Below are positions 23,876 to 34,199 of a DNA stretch of 41,443 nucleotides, one piece after another (position 1 is the stretch's first letter; each line of letters opens with the position of its first letter). The notes beneath the pieces were generated by a model. It made no database searches. It had not been told where the DNA came from and was given only the letters and a program-made list of their open reading frames with translations. The translations under genes were made by a program, and so were the position numbers. Location of the stretch: positions 1 through 41,443 of the forward strand of contig JAZLCF010000129.1 of assembly GCA_045614105.1 (NCBI GenBank). The letters run 5' to 3'. Source of the DNA: Alphaproteobacteria bacterium (GTDB lineage Bacteria > Pseudomonadota > Alphaproteobacteria > CAAHEQ01 > UBA3637).

Positions 23876-26800
23876 TTAAAAAATATAGCCTAATGCACCT
23901 GGAGCCATACTGGAAAGTGGGTGAAATTCAATTTCTGCATTGCTGGGTTTTCCTTTGATGCTGTATTTGATCCCCAGCAGTCCCCCACCTTCTCCTTCTC
24001 GGAACAAGGCTCCGATCAGGGGTATTTTACCTGGTAGACTATTGAGTAAATAGGCCGGAATGACTGATCCTGCAATATCTAAATGATCTAAATTGATAGA
24101 TCCTTTAAGTGTGATGCCTAAATTGGAGCCAGCAGCATAGCCATCCGTCAGGTTTAAATCGCCTTCTGGTTTTAATTCAAAAGGTAATTGAATTTCATCA
24201 AAAACCATATTTTTGCCACGGATTGCATCTACAATCCCCAAAATTGACAGGGCTTGTGTTAAAAATCCTGGATCAGTCCATTCCGTTTTATCCGCGGATA
24301 ATTTGCCTTGTATCAAACCTGAAGTTTCTTGTGTTGCTTTGATTTTTAATTGTCCGCCCAGCAATCGATCAGATAAATTGAGTGCGGATAACAGTTCCCC
24401 CACATCTTCCGTGCCGCCTTCAAATAAACGTTTTTGCGGGTTATAGACCAAGATAAGCTGTTTTGGAGTTGAGGCCTCAATTTGTAAATATTTCCAAAAA
24501 TTCTCTTTGCGCTCGGCATTGATAATGATGTTTTCAAGGGGTTTTTGGGGATTCAAAACCAATGTGTTCAGTTGGGCTTCCAACAACATGTGAGGCAACC
24601 AAGTTGTTTTTGTTTGTTGCTCTGAGGCAGAGCCACGTAGCAAGGGCATTTTCGTCAACTTTGATAAATCCCAACGGTCGCCTTGGACATTGAGTGTCAA
24701 CATTTCTTCTTTTGCTTTTAAATGGGCTGAAAAATTGTTTCCTGCTGCTTTCACATTTTCTAATACAATGGCCCAATCTTGTCCCCAATCTATCTGGCCT
24801 TGTATGACTAAAGGCTCTTTTTGAGCGGTGCCATCTAAATCAAAAGAAAGACTTCCTTCTGAAAAATTCATGCTTGCTTGTTTTAAAATAATATCCATCA
24901 GTGCTTGTTCTTGTGTGTTTTTTGTGACGGCAATGGGATACAAATTTAAAGACGCTTCGTCAAAGTTTGCTTTCATACTTCCTTGCCAGAACAGTTGTTC
25001 TTTTGGTCGTTGAAGGGTGGCGTCAAATGCCACAATCCCCGAGGCATATTCTTCTGCATCTGGAAAAAGTGTTTTGAATGATTCTGTGATAACAGAACCT
25101 TTAATATCTAAATTTGTACCGATCTGATCGCCAGGAGAAAAATCCTCATGCCATGCAACAGAGATTGGTTGCGTTTGAAAGGCAATATTGCCTTGTAAAT
25201 CCAAATGATCATTATTGACAAATAAATTGAGTTTTCCTTTATCTAAATTAAGTGGGAGATTTTTTAATTTAACTCCAGCATTGTCTGTGTTGGCTGATAC
25301 CTCCACCTTTAATTGTTGAACCAATGTGTTTTCGTCTAATGGAAATTTTAGCTGAACACGTGTTTGTGCATCGCCTTGAATTTGATTCCAATCAAAATCC
25401 ACATTTTTCAACAAGGTGAGTGGTTGTTGATTGATGGCGTGCAACATTTCCGAAATGGGTCCCTCTAAATCCAATTGAATGTCCAAATCCGTTATGTCCG
25501 CATCCAGTGGCGCAAATAATAATTTAGCATTTATCAACTGAACAAGCCCTGCTTGCCCTTTTTCGCCGACAATTTCCACTTTATTAGGATACAACAAAAC
25601 GTGTGCTTGTACGTTTTCCAAGGGGGGCATATCTGGTAAATAATCCACACGAACCCCTTCAGTTTGAATGTCGCCAAACACATCTGTCATTTCTGAACCT
25701 GTGAAAGTGAGGTGAAAATCAGCCTGAGGGACATAACCTTGACTTAAATGTTCCACCACCCACGTATGGGCGGCTGATCCTTGTTCTCTGGGCCAGACTT
25801 TGGGTACATCTGTCATGGGAATATTGTGAACACGGGCATTGAGGGTTGTTTGAATATCCTCAATTTTGGTGTGACGTATAAATTGATCTAGCCCTTTGAC
25901 AGTCACTTCAAGATCTCCTGTGGCAGCATTTGCTAGGACGACTTGTGATTTTGCAATTTTGATTGTTTTAAAACCTGCAGAAATAGCACCGTTAATTTCG
26001 GCGGATTGAATGGGATAGATCGCAGCAATGGGGCTGGGTAAGGTTAAATGACCTGCTGAGACCGTTTTGACTTGAAATTTCATTTTCTCTAGACACTCCA
26101 AGAAATGATGGTATTTTTGTCGCGTGTTGAATGTGGCTGCCAAAGAAATAGCCATAGGGAAATCTATTCCTGATAATAAGGGCATAAATCGTGCGAATTT
26201 AGCCATATAGAGGGGTGTAATGCCTGCTTCCAGTGTCAAATTTTTTGTGAGCCGAGAATAAGTTGCAGATACTTTGATATCGGTTAAATGTTGTCCAATT
26301 TGAGCCACAGCTGATACTTTTGCAGAATGGCGTAAACCACCATACCGACGTCGCACAAATAAATTGAATTGAGGCAGACTGAGTTTTTCCTTTTTTTCTA
26401 AATCTTCCACAGTCACGATGCCATTACTAATAGTTAAATTGTTTAGTGATAGAATGTGATTGAGTAATTGACGAATTGTCAAGGTATGTTTGTGTGTTTT
26501 TACTGTTTCCAATGTGGGCGTTGCTTTTTCTTGATTTGGTTGTAATCCCCAATTGCCATCGGCATCAATAACAACGTGAATGTCTGGATTCGCTATAATT
26601 AATTTGTCAGGCATGTAATTCAAGGTAATGATATGCCAAAAACCATATGATAAATCAACGTGTGGTAGGTCTATGACCACCGTTTTATCAGGGCGTATCA
26701 GTTGCAAATTACGCATATTTAAATGGAACAGTCCATCTTCTTTAAATTCAGCATTTAATTGTGCAGATTGTACCTCTAAAGTATAACCAGAATTTTTTGG

Positions 26801-26971
26801 CAACAGCTCTTGAGAAATTGCAGGCAATAAAAATTTTGCATCCATTGGCTCTGTATATAATTTCCAAAAAGCAAGAAAGAAAAGAACCAAGAAAAAAGCA
26901 ATTGCCGCTTCAAAAAAACGATAGATCCATATCGTAGTTTTTTTTGAAAAATGCCAAATTTTCTTTTTCAC
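23876..26971 (-). CDS. Large AsmA-like / YhdP-type (DUF3971-like) membrane-anchored protein
   Basis: N-terminal TM anchor, about 1,000 aa of beta-rich sequence, and an AsmA-like C-terminus (IPLIGALFREGEGGGLLGIKYSIKGKPSNAEIEFHPLSSMAPGALGYIF). A GTG start overlaps the stop of the upstream PiT gene (GTGA). Confidence 0.75.
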   Translation of the reverse strand: MKKKIWHFSKKTTIWIYRFFEAAIAFFLVLFFLAFWKLYTEPMDAKFLLPAISQELLPKNSGYTLEVQSAQLNAEFKEDGLFHLNMRNLQLIRPDKTVVIDLPHVDLSYGFWHIITLNYMPDKLIIANPDIHVVIDADGNWGLQPNQEKATPTLETVKTHKHTLTIRQLLNHILSLNNLTISNGIVTVEDLEKKEKLSLPQFNLFVRRRYGGLRHSAKVSAVAQIGQHLTDIKVSATYSRLTKNLTLEAGITPLYMAKFARFMPLLSGIDFPMAISLAATFNTRQKYHHFLECLEKMKFQVKTVSAGHLTLPSPIAAIYPIQSAEINGAISAGFKTIKIAKSQVVLANAATGDLEVTVKGLDQFIRHTKIEDIQTTLNARVHNIPMTDVPKVWPREQGSAAHTWVVEHLSQGYVPQADFHLTFTGSEMTDVFGDIQTEGVRVDYLPDMPPLENVQAHVLLYPNKVEIVGEKGQAGLVQLINAKLLFAPLDADITDLDIQLDLEGPISEMLHAINQQPLTLLKNVDFDWNQIQGDAQTRVQLKFPLDENTLVQQLKVEVSANTDNAGVKLKNLPLNLDKGKLNLFVNNDHLDLQGNIAFQTQPISVAWHEDFSPGDQIGTNLDIKGSVITESFKTLFPDAEEYASGIVAFDATLQRPKEQLFWQGSMKANFDEASLNLYPIAVTKNTQEQALMDIILKQASMNFSEGSLSFDLDGTAQKEPLVIQGQIDWGQDWAIVLENVKAAGNNFSAHLKAKEEMLTLNVQGDRWDLSKLTKMPLLRGSASEQQTKTTWLPHMLLEAQLNTLVLNPQKPLENIIINAERKENFWKYLQIEASTPKQLILVYNPQKRLFEGGTEDVGELLSALNLSDRLLGGQLKIKATQETSGLIQGKLSADKTEWTDPGFLTQALSILGIVDAIRGKNMVFDEIQLPFELKPEGDLNLTDGYAAGSNLGITLKGSINLDHLDIAGSVIPAYLLNSLPGKIPLIGALFREGEGGGLLGIKYSIKGKPSNAEIEFHPLSSMAPGALGYIF

Positions 26972-27966
26972 AGGCTAATCCCTCCGATGGTAAGCATACC
27001 CAAAATCACATAACAAATCAAGCCTGAAATCACAGGGAAGAGAAGCCAAGAAATAACAATTTTCCCAAAGGCTTCCCATTTAATGCTGGCGCGTCCTTTT
27101 GCTAAACCTATGCCTAAAATGCTCCCAATTAATAAACTGGCTGTTGGAACAGGAACCAGAGGAAAGGTGGGTAATCCTAAATGTGTCAGAAAATGGGATA
27201 AATTGATGCTGGAAAAACAAGACATCGCTAATCCGCAAGATATAATGGTGACCAGCGCTTCTATTGGTGAAAGGGGGTAAAGACCAGAACTAACAGTGGT
27301 AATGACACGCTTGTCGGCCATAAAAACACCAATGATAACAGAGATGGATACCAACCATACCATCAAAAATGGATCAATCTGGGATACATTTAAGTAAGGC
27401 CCTACAATGGCGGCAATGTTATTGGCTCCTAAGAAATAAGAGGTATAAGCACCGCTTAAGATCAGCAAAATGCGTATCCAGAAATCTCGGTATAGCAAGG
27501 GAATATGAATATGTTTTAAAAAAAATCGAGCGGTGTAAAAACCTAAAATTGTCAGCAATGTGGCAAGTGCCGGACCATAAAACCAAGCGCTGACCATTTG
27601 TGCTAAAAGTTGCCAGTTATTAGGTTTTTGAAAAAAAAGATTCCAGCCAACCAAAGCCCCAACACTTCCTTGGGCAACTGATGTAGGAATTCCCATACGG
27701 TTGGCCAATAAAAAAGTGAAAGTGATAATACCGCTAATCAGTAAAGCGCCTATACCTGTGTTGACGTCTGAAACAGATCGCATTGAATCTAAAGTGTGTG
27801 AACTAGAAAAAAAGACGCCCAAAAGAAGAAACAACCCCATCACGATGGTTGCCCATTTAAAGGGCACCATGCGTGTTCCAACGGCCGTTCCAAAGACGCT
27901 GGCCAAATTATTGCGGCCAAAAGACCATCCTAAAAATATGCCTCCAATTAAAAATAAATATATCAT
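26968..27966 (-). CDS. Inorganic phosphate transporter, PiT (PHO4) family
   Basis: Polytopic membrane protein with two diverged PiT signature repeats (GRNNLASVFGTAVGT and GANNIAAIVGPY). ATGA overlap with the upstream DUF47 gene. The DUF47+PiT pairing is the standard arrangement. Confidence 0.8.
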   Translation of the reverse strand: MIYLFLIGGIFLGWSFGRNNLASVFGTAVGTRMVPFKWATIVMGLFLLLGVFFSSSHTLDSMRSVSDVNTGIGALLISGIITFTFLLANRMGIPTSVAQGSVGALVGWNLFFQKPNNWQLLAQMVSAWFYGPALATLLTILGFYTARFFLKHIHIPLLYRDFWIRILLILSGAYTSYFLGANNIAAIVGPYLNVSQIDPFLMVWLVSISVIIGVFMADKRVITTVSSGLYPLSPIEALVTIISCGLAMSCFSSINLSHFLTHLGLPTFPLVPVPTASLLIGSILGIGLAKGRASIKWEAFGKIVISWLLFPVISGLICYVILGMLTIGGISL

Positions 27967-28619
27967 AGAGCGTGTTTGACCGAAATAATTTTAAGTTTGT
28001 CCGCAGCATCTTCTGCTAAATCAGAAATTTTTTCCAACGAAATGACAAAATCATTTAATTGCAATTTATGGGCTAGCGATATTTTTTTCTTGAAGATTTG
28101 TTCTTTTAAAGAAAGGACAAGTTGATCAACCAAATGTTCCAAAAAATAACATTCTTGCACTTCTTTTTCAACATCCATTTGGCCACCTAAAAAGGCTTTG
28201 GTTCCATCCATCAAAGCGCCCACGCAATCCCGCGTTATTTGAGCCATTTTTATTGTGTTCATAAAACAATCTGGTGGCACTTTTATTTTTTCAATAGACC
28301 AAATTAAAATCACACGTTCGTATTGATTGATCACACGATCACACGCCTCCATTAAAGCCAAAATATCTGAGCGCATGCCGGGCAACAGCATTTGTTTATA
28401 AAGGGCTGTTTCTATTTCACGGCGTAAGGTATCATTTTCCGCCTCTAATGCTTGAATTTTATTTTTGAGTTGAGCAAACTGGCGGGGTGATTTTTTATTC
28501 AAAAAAATCTCTGTGGCTTCGCAAAATATAACGGCGGCCAACATGATGTTCATCAAGAATGTTTTAAATTTTGTATCTAATGCTTTGGCTCGTTTAAACA
28601 TGACAATATGTTTTTTCAT
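27963..28619 (-). CDS. DUF47 / PhoU-like phosphate-transport regulator family protein
   Basis: 218-aa helical protein immediately upstream of, and overlapping, a PiT gene. General resemblance to the TIGR00153/DUF47 family. Starts 1 nt after the prfB stop. Confidence 0.7.
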   Translation of the reverse strand: MKKHIVMFKRAKALDTKFKTFLMNIMLAAVIFCEATEIFLNKKSPRQFAQLKNKIQALEAENDTLRREIETALYKQMLLPGMRSDILALMEACDRVINQYERVILIWSIEKIKVPPDCFMNTIKMAQITRDCVGALMDGTKAFLGGQMDVEKEVQECYFLEHLVDQLVLSLKEQIFKKKISLAHKLQLNDFVISLEKISDLAEDAADKLKIISVKHAL

Positions 28620-29727
28620 TTATCCCTCCTTTTTTGCTAATCCTGCCAAGCTGGCACGCATAAAATCATCCAAGTCACCATCTAATACACCCGAAGTATC
28701 CGATGTTTCATAACCTGTACGTAAATCCTTCACCATTTGATAAGGTTGCAACACATAGGATCGGATTTGATTGCCCCAACCATTATCGCCCTTTTGTGCC
28801 TCAATAGCCCCTTGCGCTGCGCGGCGTTTTTGCAATTCCAATTCATACAAGCGCGCTCTGAGCATGCGCCATGCTTCATCACGGTTGGCGAATTGACTGC
28901 GTTGTGTTTGGCAAGCGGCCACAATGCCCGTTGGAATATGTGTAATCCGCACAGCGCTCTCCGTTTTATTTACATGTTGACCACCCGCACCGCTGGAACG
29001 ATACACATCTATGCGGCAATCCGCGGGGTTGATGTCAATTTTCACGCTTTCGTCCACCACTGGATATACCCACACGGAACAAAAACTAGTATGTCGTCTA
29101 GCGTTGGCATCAAAGGGCGAAATACGTACCAGCCGATGAACGCCTGATTCAAACTTCAACCACCCATAGGCGTTGAGCCCTATCACCTTTAAAGTAGCCG
29201 ATTTAATGCCTGCTTCTTCACCATCAGAGAGCTCCATTATTTCTGTTTTATATCCCGCTTTTTCGGCCCAATGCTCATACATTCGCAAAATCATACTGGC
29301 CCAATCTTGGGCTTCTGTGCCACCTGCGCCTGAGTGAATTTCCAAAAACGCATCATTACTATCGCCCTCTTGACAGAGCAGGGATTCCAATTCAAATTTG
29401 TCCATCTCGGATTCCAAAGCGGTAAAACTTTTTTCCGCCTCGGCTAGCAGTTTTTCATCTCCTTCAACTTCGGCCAATTCAATCATGTCATAGCCATCCG
29501 CCACAGACGTCTCTAATCCTGAGATTTTTTGGATTTGATTAGCAAGACCCGTGCGCTCACTCATCAGCTTTTGCGCACGTTCCGCATCCTCCCACAAATT
29601 CGGATCTGCAGTCAATTCATCTAATTCTTTTAATCTGGCATGGGCTTTATCCCAGTCAAAGACGCTCCTTGACAAGCATCAAAATGTTGTCGTATTTTTC
29701 TTTTAAAGCAATCAGTTCCGCTTTCAT
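28620..29727 (-). CDS. prfB: Peptide chain release factor 2, with programmed +1 ribosomal frameshift
   Basis: SPF (RISPFD) and GGQ (SGAGGQHVNKTESAVR) motifs. Frame 0 is ATG (29727) ... MKAELIALKEKYDNILMLVKERL then TGA. The +1 frame continues DWDKAHARLKEL... into the 351-aa ORF on the track. The joined product is about 368 aa. Confidence 0.9.
29655..29670 (-). promoter_or_regulatory. prfB +1 frameshift site: internal SD AAGGAG - CGT - CTT TGA C
   Basis: The minus strand reads AAG GAG CGT CTT TGA C (29670->29655). This is the canonical RF2 autoregulatory slippery site, with an SD-like element 3 nt upstream of CTT. Confidence 0.85.
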
Positions 29728-29741
29728 TTTTTACTCCTTTT

Positions 29742-30263
29742 TTATTGAACCATCGTTTCATTATAAGAGTTTGAATAGTACGGATCAAGATCATCTTGAT
29801 AATACACTGGAATGTCCAATGCTCTTTCGGCTACTAATCCAATGAAAATAATGAGATAAAAAAGGAACCAGCTACAAACAATTTTTTTTGAGATGTAACA
29901 CTTGTGATGTCTAAAATGTGAGAATATGAAATATCCCAACAGATAAGAAAAAACGGAAATTGCTCCCAATTTATAAACTGCCAAAAGAAGTGCCCAGACT
30001 GACCGAATAGATTTCTCATTTATTCCACAGAAGAACGAAATTGATAAGCCTAATGGTATTATTGTAATGCATGGTAACCATAAATTGCAAAACCAGAATT
30101 TTTGTTTTTCGGAAGGTTTTGCTTTGATGTGAGAATGTCTTGTTATTAGTGTCCACAATTTCTTCAATATCTTGTACACTAAATATCCCACACCTAAGAG
30201 TGTTGGTGTGAAAATTAAGAGTGTAAGGAGTAGCCTAATTATAAATAATATCATTTCTGCCAT
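29742..30263 (-). CDS. Hypothetical small polytopic membrane protein (173 aa)
   Basis: Four to five hydrophobic segments. SD AGGAG 6 nt upstream of the ATG. Visibly AT-rich. Wedged between mrcA and prfB. Confidence 0.6.
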   Translation of the reverse strand: MAEMILFIIRLLLTLLIFTPTLLGVGYLVYKILKKLWTLITRHSHIKAKPSEKQKFWFCNLWLPCITIIPLGLSISFFCGINEKSIRSVWALLLAVYKLGAISVFSYLLGYFIFSHFRHHKCYISKKIVCSWFLFYLIIFIGLVAERALDIPVYYQDDLDPYYSNSYNETMVQ

Positions 30264-30272
30264 CTTTGACTC

Positions 30273-32657
30273 CTAATAAATGCCGCCCAAGTCGGGGATA
30301 GTATCGTTATCCAAATGCAACGTAATGTCTTTGCCCAGCACTTTTTCGGGCTTGGTTAAATCTGTATCCAAACGGAACGCCTCCATAATCACATTCGTAT
30401 CTCCTGCCTTGGCTGGTTTACCCGTCGTGGCATTCACACGCACCAACTTCACGCTGTCGGGCACACGGAACGGCACATCCGTTTTGTTGGCCAAAGCTGC
30501 TTTCATAAAATCGCGGAAAATAGGCGCAGCGACACCGCCACCTGTATCATGTGGGCCCAATGGTTCTGGATTATCTTTACCAACCCATACACCCACCACT
30601 AAGTCAGGCGAAAAGCCAATAAACCAAGCGTCAATGTTGTCATTACTGGTGCCAGATTTGCCTCCTAAATTGCGCTTTAATGGACGAACCACGGAACCTG
30701 TACCACGTTGAATCACACCCGTCAAGATGTTCACCATTTGATAAGCGCTGGCCGGATCTTGAATTTGTTCGCGATTATCGGGCAGAATCGGTAGCTCTTC
30801 GGGGGAAGCGCTTTTTCCCACACAATTATCACAAACACGCTCATCCGCTTTATAAATTGTTTTACCCTCTCTATCTTGAATGCGGTCAATGAAAATCGGT
30901 GTAATCTTTTTACCACCATTTACCAACATACCATAGGCTGTGGTCAGGCGCAAAAGAGTAGTTTCGCTGGCGCCCAAGGCGGTGGCCAAGTTCGGCTCCA
31001 TTTTATCGGAAATGTTGAATTTGTGGCCATAATCTAAGACTTTTTTCATCCCTATGGCTTGTGCTAAACGAATCGTCATGAGGTTGCGTGATTTTTCAAT
31101 GCCGACACGCAAAGTTGTGGGACCATAAAATTGTTTGGAATAGTTTTCTGGTTTCCATTTTGAACCATCCATATTTTGCATCACAATAGGGGCGTCTAAA
31201 ATTAAACTGGATGGTGTATAGCCCGAATCCAAGGCCGCTGTATAAACAAAAGGTTTAAAGGAGGAACCGGGTTGACGATAGGCCTGTACAGCGCGGTTGA
31301 ATTGGTTGCGTTCAAAGGCAAAGCCCCCTTGCATGGCTAACACGCGCCCTGTATGCGGATCAATGGCAACTAAGGCCGCTTCCGCTAACGGCATTTGCTG
31401 TAATGTATAGGTGCCATTTTTCTTGCGATTCGTGAAGATAATATCACCTGTGGCCAAAACATCAGAGGCTTTTTTGACTTCTGTCACAGAAATGCGTCCT
31501 TTGTCCAAGGCTTTTTTTGCCCAAGTCAGTTCTGAAAGAGGAATAATCCCAGTCGTGCCATCAGCTAGATAAATTTCTGCTTGATCATCCTGTACATTTT
31601 GAACCAAGGCATATTGCCAATCTTTTGGCGCATATTCTTTGGCGTATTTTTCCAAGGTTTCTTGCCCATTTGTGTCCACGTGGGCTACTGGGCCACGCCA
31701 TCCATGTTTTCTGTCATGTTCAATCAAACCATTTTGTAATGCTTCCACGGCGTAATTTTGTAAGTTTGGATCCAAGCTGGTACGAATAGAAAGTCCCCCT
31801 AGATAAATGGATTTTTCTCCAAATTCATTGACAACAAAGCGACGTACTTCTTCGGCATAATATTGCCCATCTTTGGTGAGTTTTTTGGTGCGACGGTTTA
31901 AGGTAATTGGTTCAGCCAACGCGGTGGCCATTTCTTGTTCTGTGATATATCCATTAGCGAACATTTGCTCCAAGACATAATTGCGACGCTCTTTTGCGGC
32001 CTCTGGATGGCGTTCAGGGTGATAATTGTTAGGGGCTTTGGGCAAAGCGGCCAAAAAAGCCATTTCCCCCAAGGTCAGTTCGTTCATAGATTTATCAAAA
32101 TAATTGAGCGCCGCACTGGCCACACCATAAGCACCTATGCCTAGGTAAATTTCATTGAGATACAACTCCAAAATATGGTCTTTGGTATAAGCATTCTCTA
32201 TCTTGCGTGCCAGTAAAGCCTCCTTTATTTTACGTGAGAAGGTACGGTCAGATGTCAATAAGAAATTTTTGGCGACTTGCTGTGTAATGGTGGAAGCACC
32301 TACAGGCCGACGATTGCGCCCTAGATTTTGAATATTGATGACAATAGCGCGTAAAAGACCAGTAAAATCAATGCCTCCATGTTCATAAAAAGTTTTGTCC
32401 TCGGCAGATAAAAAAGCTTGTTTTAACTTTTCCGGAATTTTATCCACAGGTACAAATGTTCGTTTTTCCGTCGCATACTCCATCAACAATGATCCATCAT
32501 TAGCGTACAGGCGTGTGGTAATAGGGGGCTCATAATTTGCAAGTTGCCGATAATCTGGCAAGTCAATGGAATACCTCAGCACAATAACGAACGCCACAAT
32601 TGCTAAGGCAATAGAGCCAAAAAAGAACAAGCTAACAAGTGTGGATAAAAAACGCAT
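30273..32657 (-). CDS. mrcA: Penicillin-binding protein 1A (bifunctional glycosyltransferase/transpeptidase)
   Basis: GT51 motifs EDKTFYEHGGID and GASTITQQVAKN. Transpeptidase motifs SSFKP and KSGTSND. N-terminal TM anchor. Confidence 0.9.
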   Translation of the reverse strand: MRFLSTLVSLFFFGSIALAIVAFVIVLRYSIDLPDYRQLANYEPPITTRLYANDGSLLMEYATEKRTFVPVDKIPEKLKQAFLSAEDKTFYEHGGIDFTGLLRAIVINIQNLGRNRRPVGASTITQQVAKNFLLTSDRTFSRKIKEALLARKIENAYTKDHILELYLNEIYLGIGAYGVASAALNYFDKSMNELTLGEMAFLAALPKAPNNYHPERHPEAAKERRNYVLEQMFANGYITEQEMATALAEPITLNRRTKKLTKDGQYYAEEVRRFVVNEFGEKSIYLGGLSIRTSLDPNLQNYAVEALQNGLIEHDRKHGWRGPVAHVDTNGQETLEKYAKEYAPKDWQYALVQNVQDDQAEIYLADGTTGIIPLSELTWAKKALDKGRISVTEVKKASDVLATGDIIFTNRKKNGTYTLQQMPLAEAALVAIDPHTGRVLAMQGGFAFERNQFNRAVQAYRQPGSSFKPFVYTAALDSGYTPSSLILDAPIVMQNMDGSKWKPENYSKQFYGPTTLRVGIEKSRNLMTIRLAQAIGMKKVLDYGHKFNISDKMEPNLATALGASETTLLRLTTAYGMLVNGGKKITPIFIDRIQDREGKTIYKADERVCDNCVGKSASPEELPILPDNREQIQDPASAYQMVNILTGVIQRGTGSVVRPLKRNLGGKSGTSNDNIDAWFIGFSPDLVVGVWVGKDNPEPLGPHDTGGGVAAPIFRDFMKAALANKTDVPFRVPDSVKLVRVNATTGKPAKAGDTNVIMEAFRLDTDLTKPEKVLGKDITLHLDNDTIPDLGGIY

Positions 32658-32736
32658 TCTTTCCTTTCATAAATAAGGACTCTATTTTACTGCTTTTTCT
32701 TAAAAAAGACAAGCCTAATTTAAAGGGCGTTTTCGC

Positions 32737-33744
32737 TTATGGTGCGGTATCCAAAGTAGGACGCAAAATTTGTACCTTTAATTTAGCGCGTTCTTCGTCC
32801 AAAACCATAGGCAATTTTGTTTCCATAGCGGCTCGTAAAATATCTTCTCTGATATCTTCAAAGGCCGGTGGATTAGCCAAACGTTTGTCCTCCACTAAAA
32901 CAATATGCCAACCGAATGGTGTTTTAATTGGTTCAGATAATTGGCCTTTTTTCATATCAAATACCGCGTCTCCAAATTCTGGAATCATCATAGCTTTCGT
33001 GAAATAACCCAAATCTCCATCTTTTGTATTTTCATCCAACGATTTTTTATTGGCTAATTCAATAAAATTAGCGCCAGCTTTTAATTGAACCAAGATATCG
33101 CGAGCCTCCTTTTCTGTTTTGAGCAGAATATGCCGCGCATGAATCTCTTCCTCGCGCTTGAAATTCTTTAACTCTTCATCATAAAAATGTTTCAATTCTT
33201 CCTCTGTCACATGAGCGGCCAGCAATTCCTCCAGATAAGTTTGTCCAACGATTTGTTCTTTGGCCAATCGGAGTTGTGTTTTAATTTCAGGGCGTTCCAG
33301 AACTCCCGCTTTTTGGGCTGCAATCATAACCACTTGATTATTGATAATCATATCCAAAAGATTTGGATAAACCTCTTCAAAGGACATCTCTGCCAACGGA
33401 GGCATACCTGCGGCCAATTCACGCACCTCTGTCAATGTAATTGGATTGCCATCAATTAAGGCTACCGTGTCCAAGGCTAATTCTTGGGCCTTGCGAGCCT
33501 TTTCTCGGCGCAGAGCATTTGCTTGTTGAATGCGTGCTCGTTGAGCATACAGATGTTCTTCACGCAAGGTATAAATTTGATAAGCAAAATAGGACCATGC
33601 ACAAATGTTGACACATAAGAGCACTAAACCCAACAAGATACGCCCTGCTGAGCGTTTGATTGTTGATTGAGATCTCTCATTGTTCCGTGACAAGGTTGCA
33701 CTTTGAGTTGTTGTTTGTGTAGATTTAATTTTTTTTATAACCAT
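32737..33744 (-). CDS. Membrane-anchored parvulin-type peptidyl-prolyl isomerase (SurA/PpiD-like)
   Basis: N-terminal TM, a SurA_N-like helical region, and a PpiC domain (HARHILLKTEKEA...GDLGYFTKAMMIPEFGDAVF...PIKTPFGWHIVLVEDKR). Confidence 0.8.
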   Translation of the reverse strand: MVIKKIKSTQTTTQSATLSRNNERSQSTIKRSAGRILLGLVLLCVNICAWSYFAYQIYTLREEHLYAQRARIQQANALRREKARKAQELALDTVALIDGNPITLTEVRELAAGMPPLAEMSFEEVYPNLLDMIINNQVVMIAAQKAGVLERPEIKTQLRLAKEQIVGQTYLEELLAAHVTEEELKHFYDEELKNFKREEEIHARHILLKTEKEARDILVQLKAGANFIELANKKSLDENTKDGDLGYFTKAMMIPEFGDAVFDMKKGQLSEPIKTPFGWHIVLVEDKRLANPPAFEDIREDILRAAMETKLPMVLDEERAKLKVQILRPTLDTAP

Positions 33745-33800
33745 TTTTTCCCCCTTTTTTTCTTATTCTAAAACATTTTTATAAAAAAGCAAGTATTTTA

Positions 33801-34199
33801 TTAATGTGCTATTGAACTCAGTTCATTTAAAATCGCAAAAGCTAATGATGGATGGAGCGCTATAATGCGATAAAGCTTGTCTTGCGTGATAGCCAAGACA
33901 ACCGATTTTTGTATCACGGTGACCTGTGTTTCCGCATTTCCCATCCAAAAAGCACTTTCAAGTCCTAACATCGCCTTGGCTTGAATTTTTTCTGTTAGGC
34001 CTTTATATTGTCTTTCCACAGCCCCAGACAGTAAAAAATAAACTGTCTTATTCGGTTTGTCTGCGTGAATAAGAACCGTTTCTGGCTTGCAGATTTGTTC
34101 TTCAGATACAGCCATCAAATCAGATAATGCCATATTAGACACATTTTTGAATGTGGACATTTGTTTGAGCAGTAAGACTTTTTCAATTGTAATGAGCAT
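33801..34199 (-). CDS. Small cyclic-nucleotide-binding-domain-like protein (degenerate phosphate-binding cassette)
   Basis: IEKVLLLKQMSTFKNVSNMALSDLMAVSEEQICKPETVLIHADKPNKTVYFLLSGAVE follows the CAP_ED beta-roll pattern. The usual GE..A...R[ST]A cassette is not conserved. It has its own SD GGAGGA 5 nt before the ATG at 34199, inside the end of the upstream ORF. Confidence 0.65.
   Translation of the reverse strand: MLITIEKVLLLKQMSTFKNVSNMALSDLMAVSEEQICKPETVLIHADKPNKTVYFLLSGAVERQYKGLTEKIQAKAMLGLESAFWMGNAETQVTVIQKSVVLAITQDKLYRIIALHPSLAFAILNELSSIAH

Noticed and set aside
32440-32448. Perfect DnaA box TTATCCACA
   Set aside because: It is a single occurrence inside the mrcA coding region. There is no cluster, no AT-rich unwinding element and no dnaA/dnaN context.
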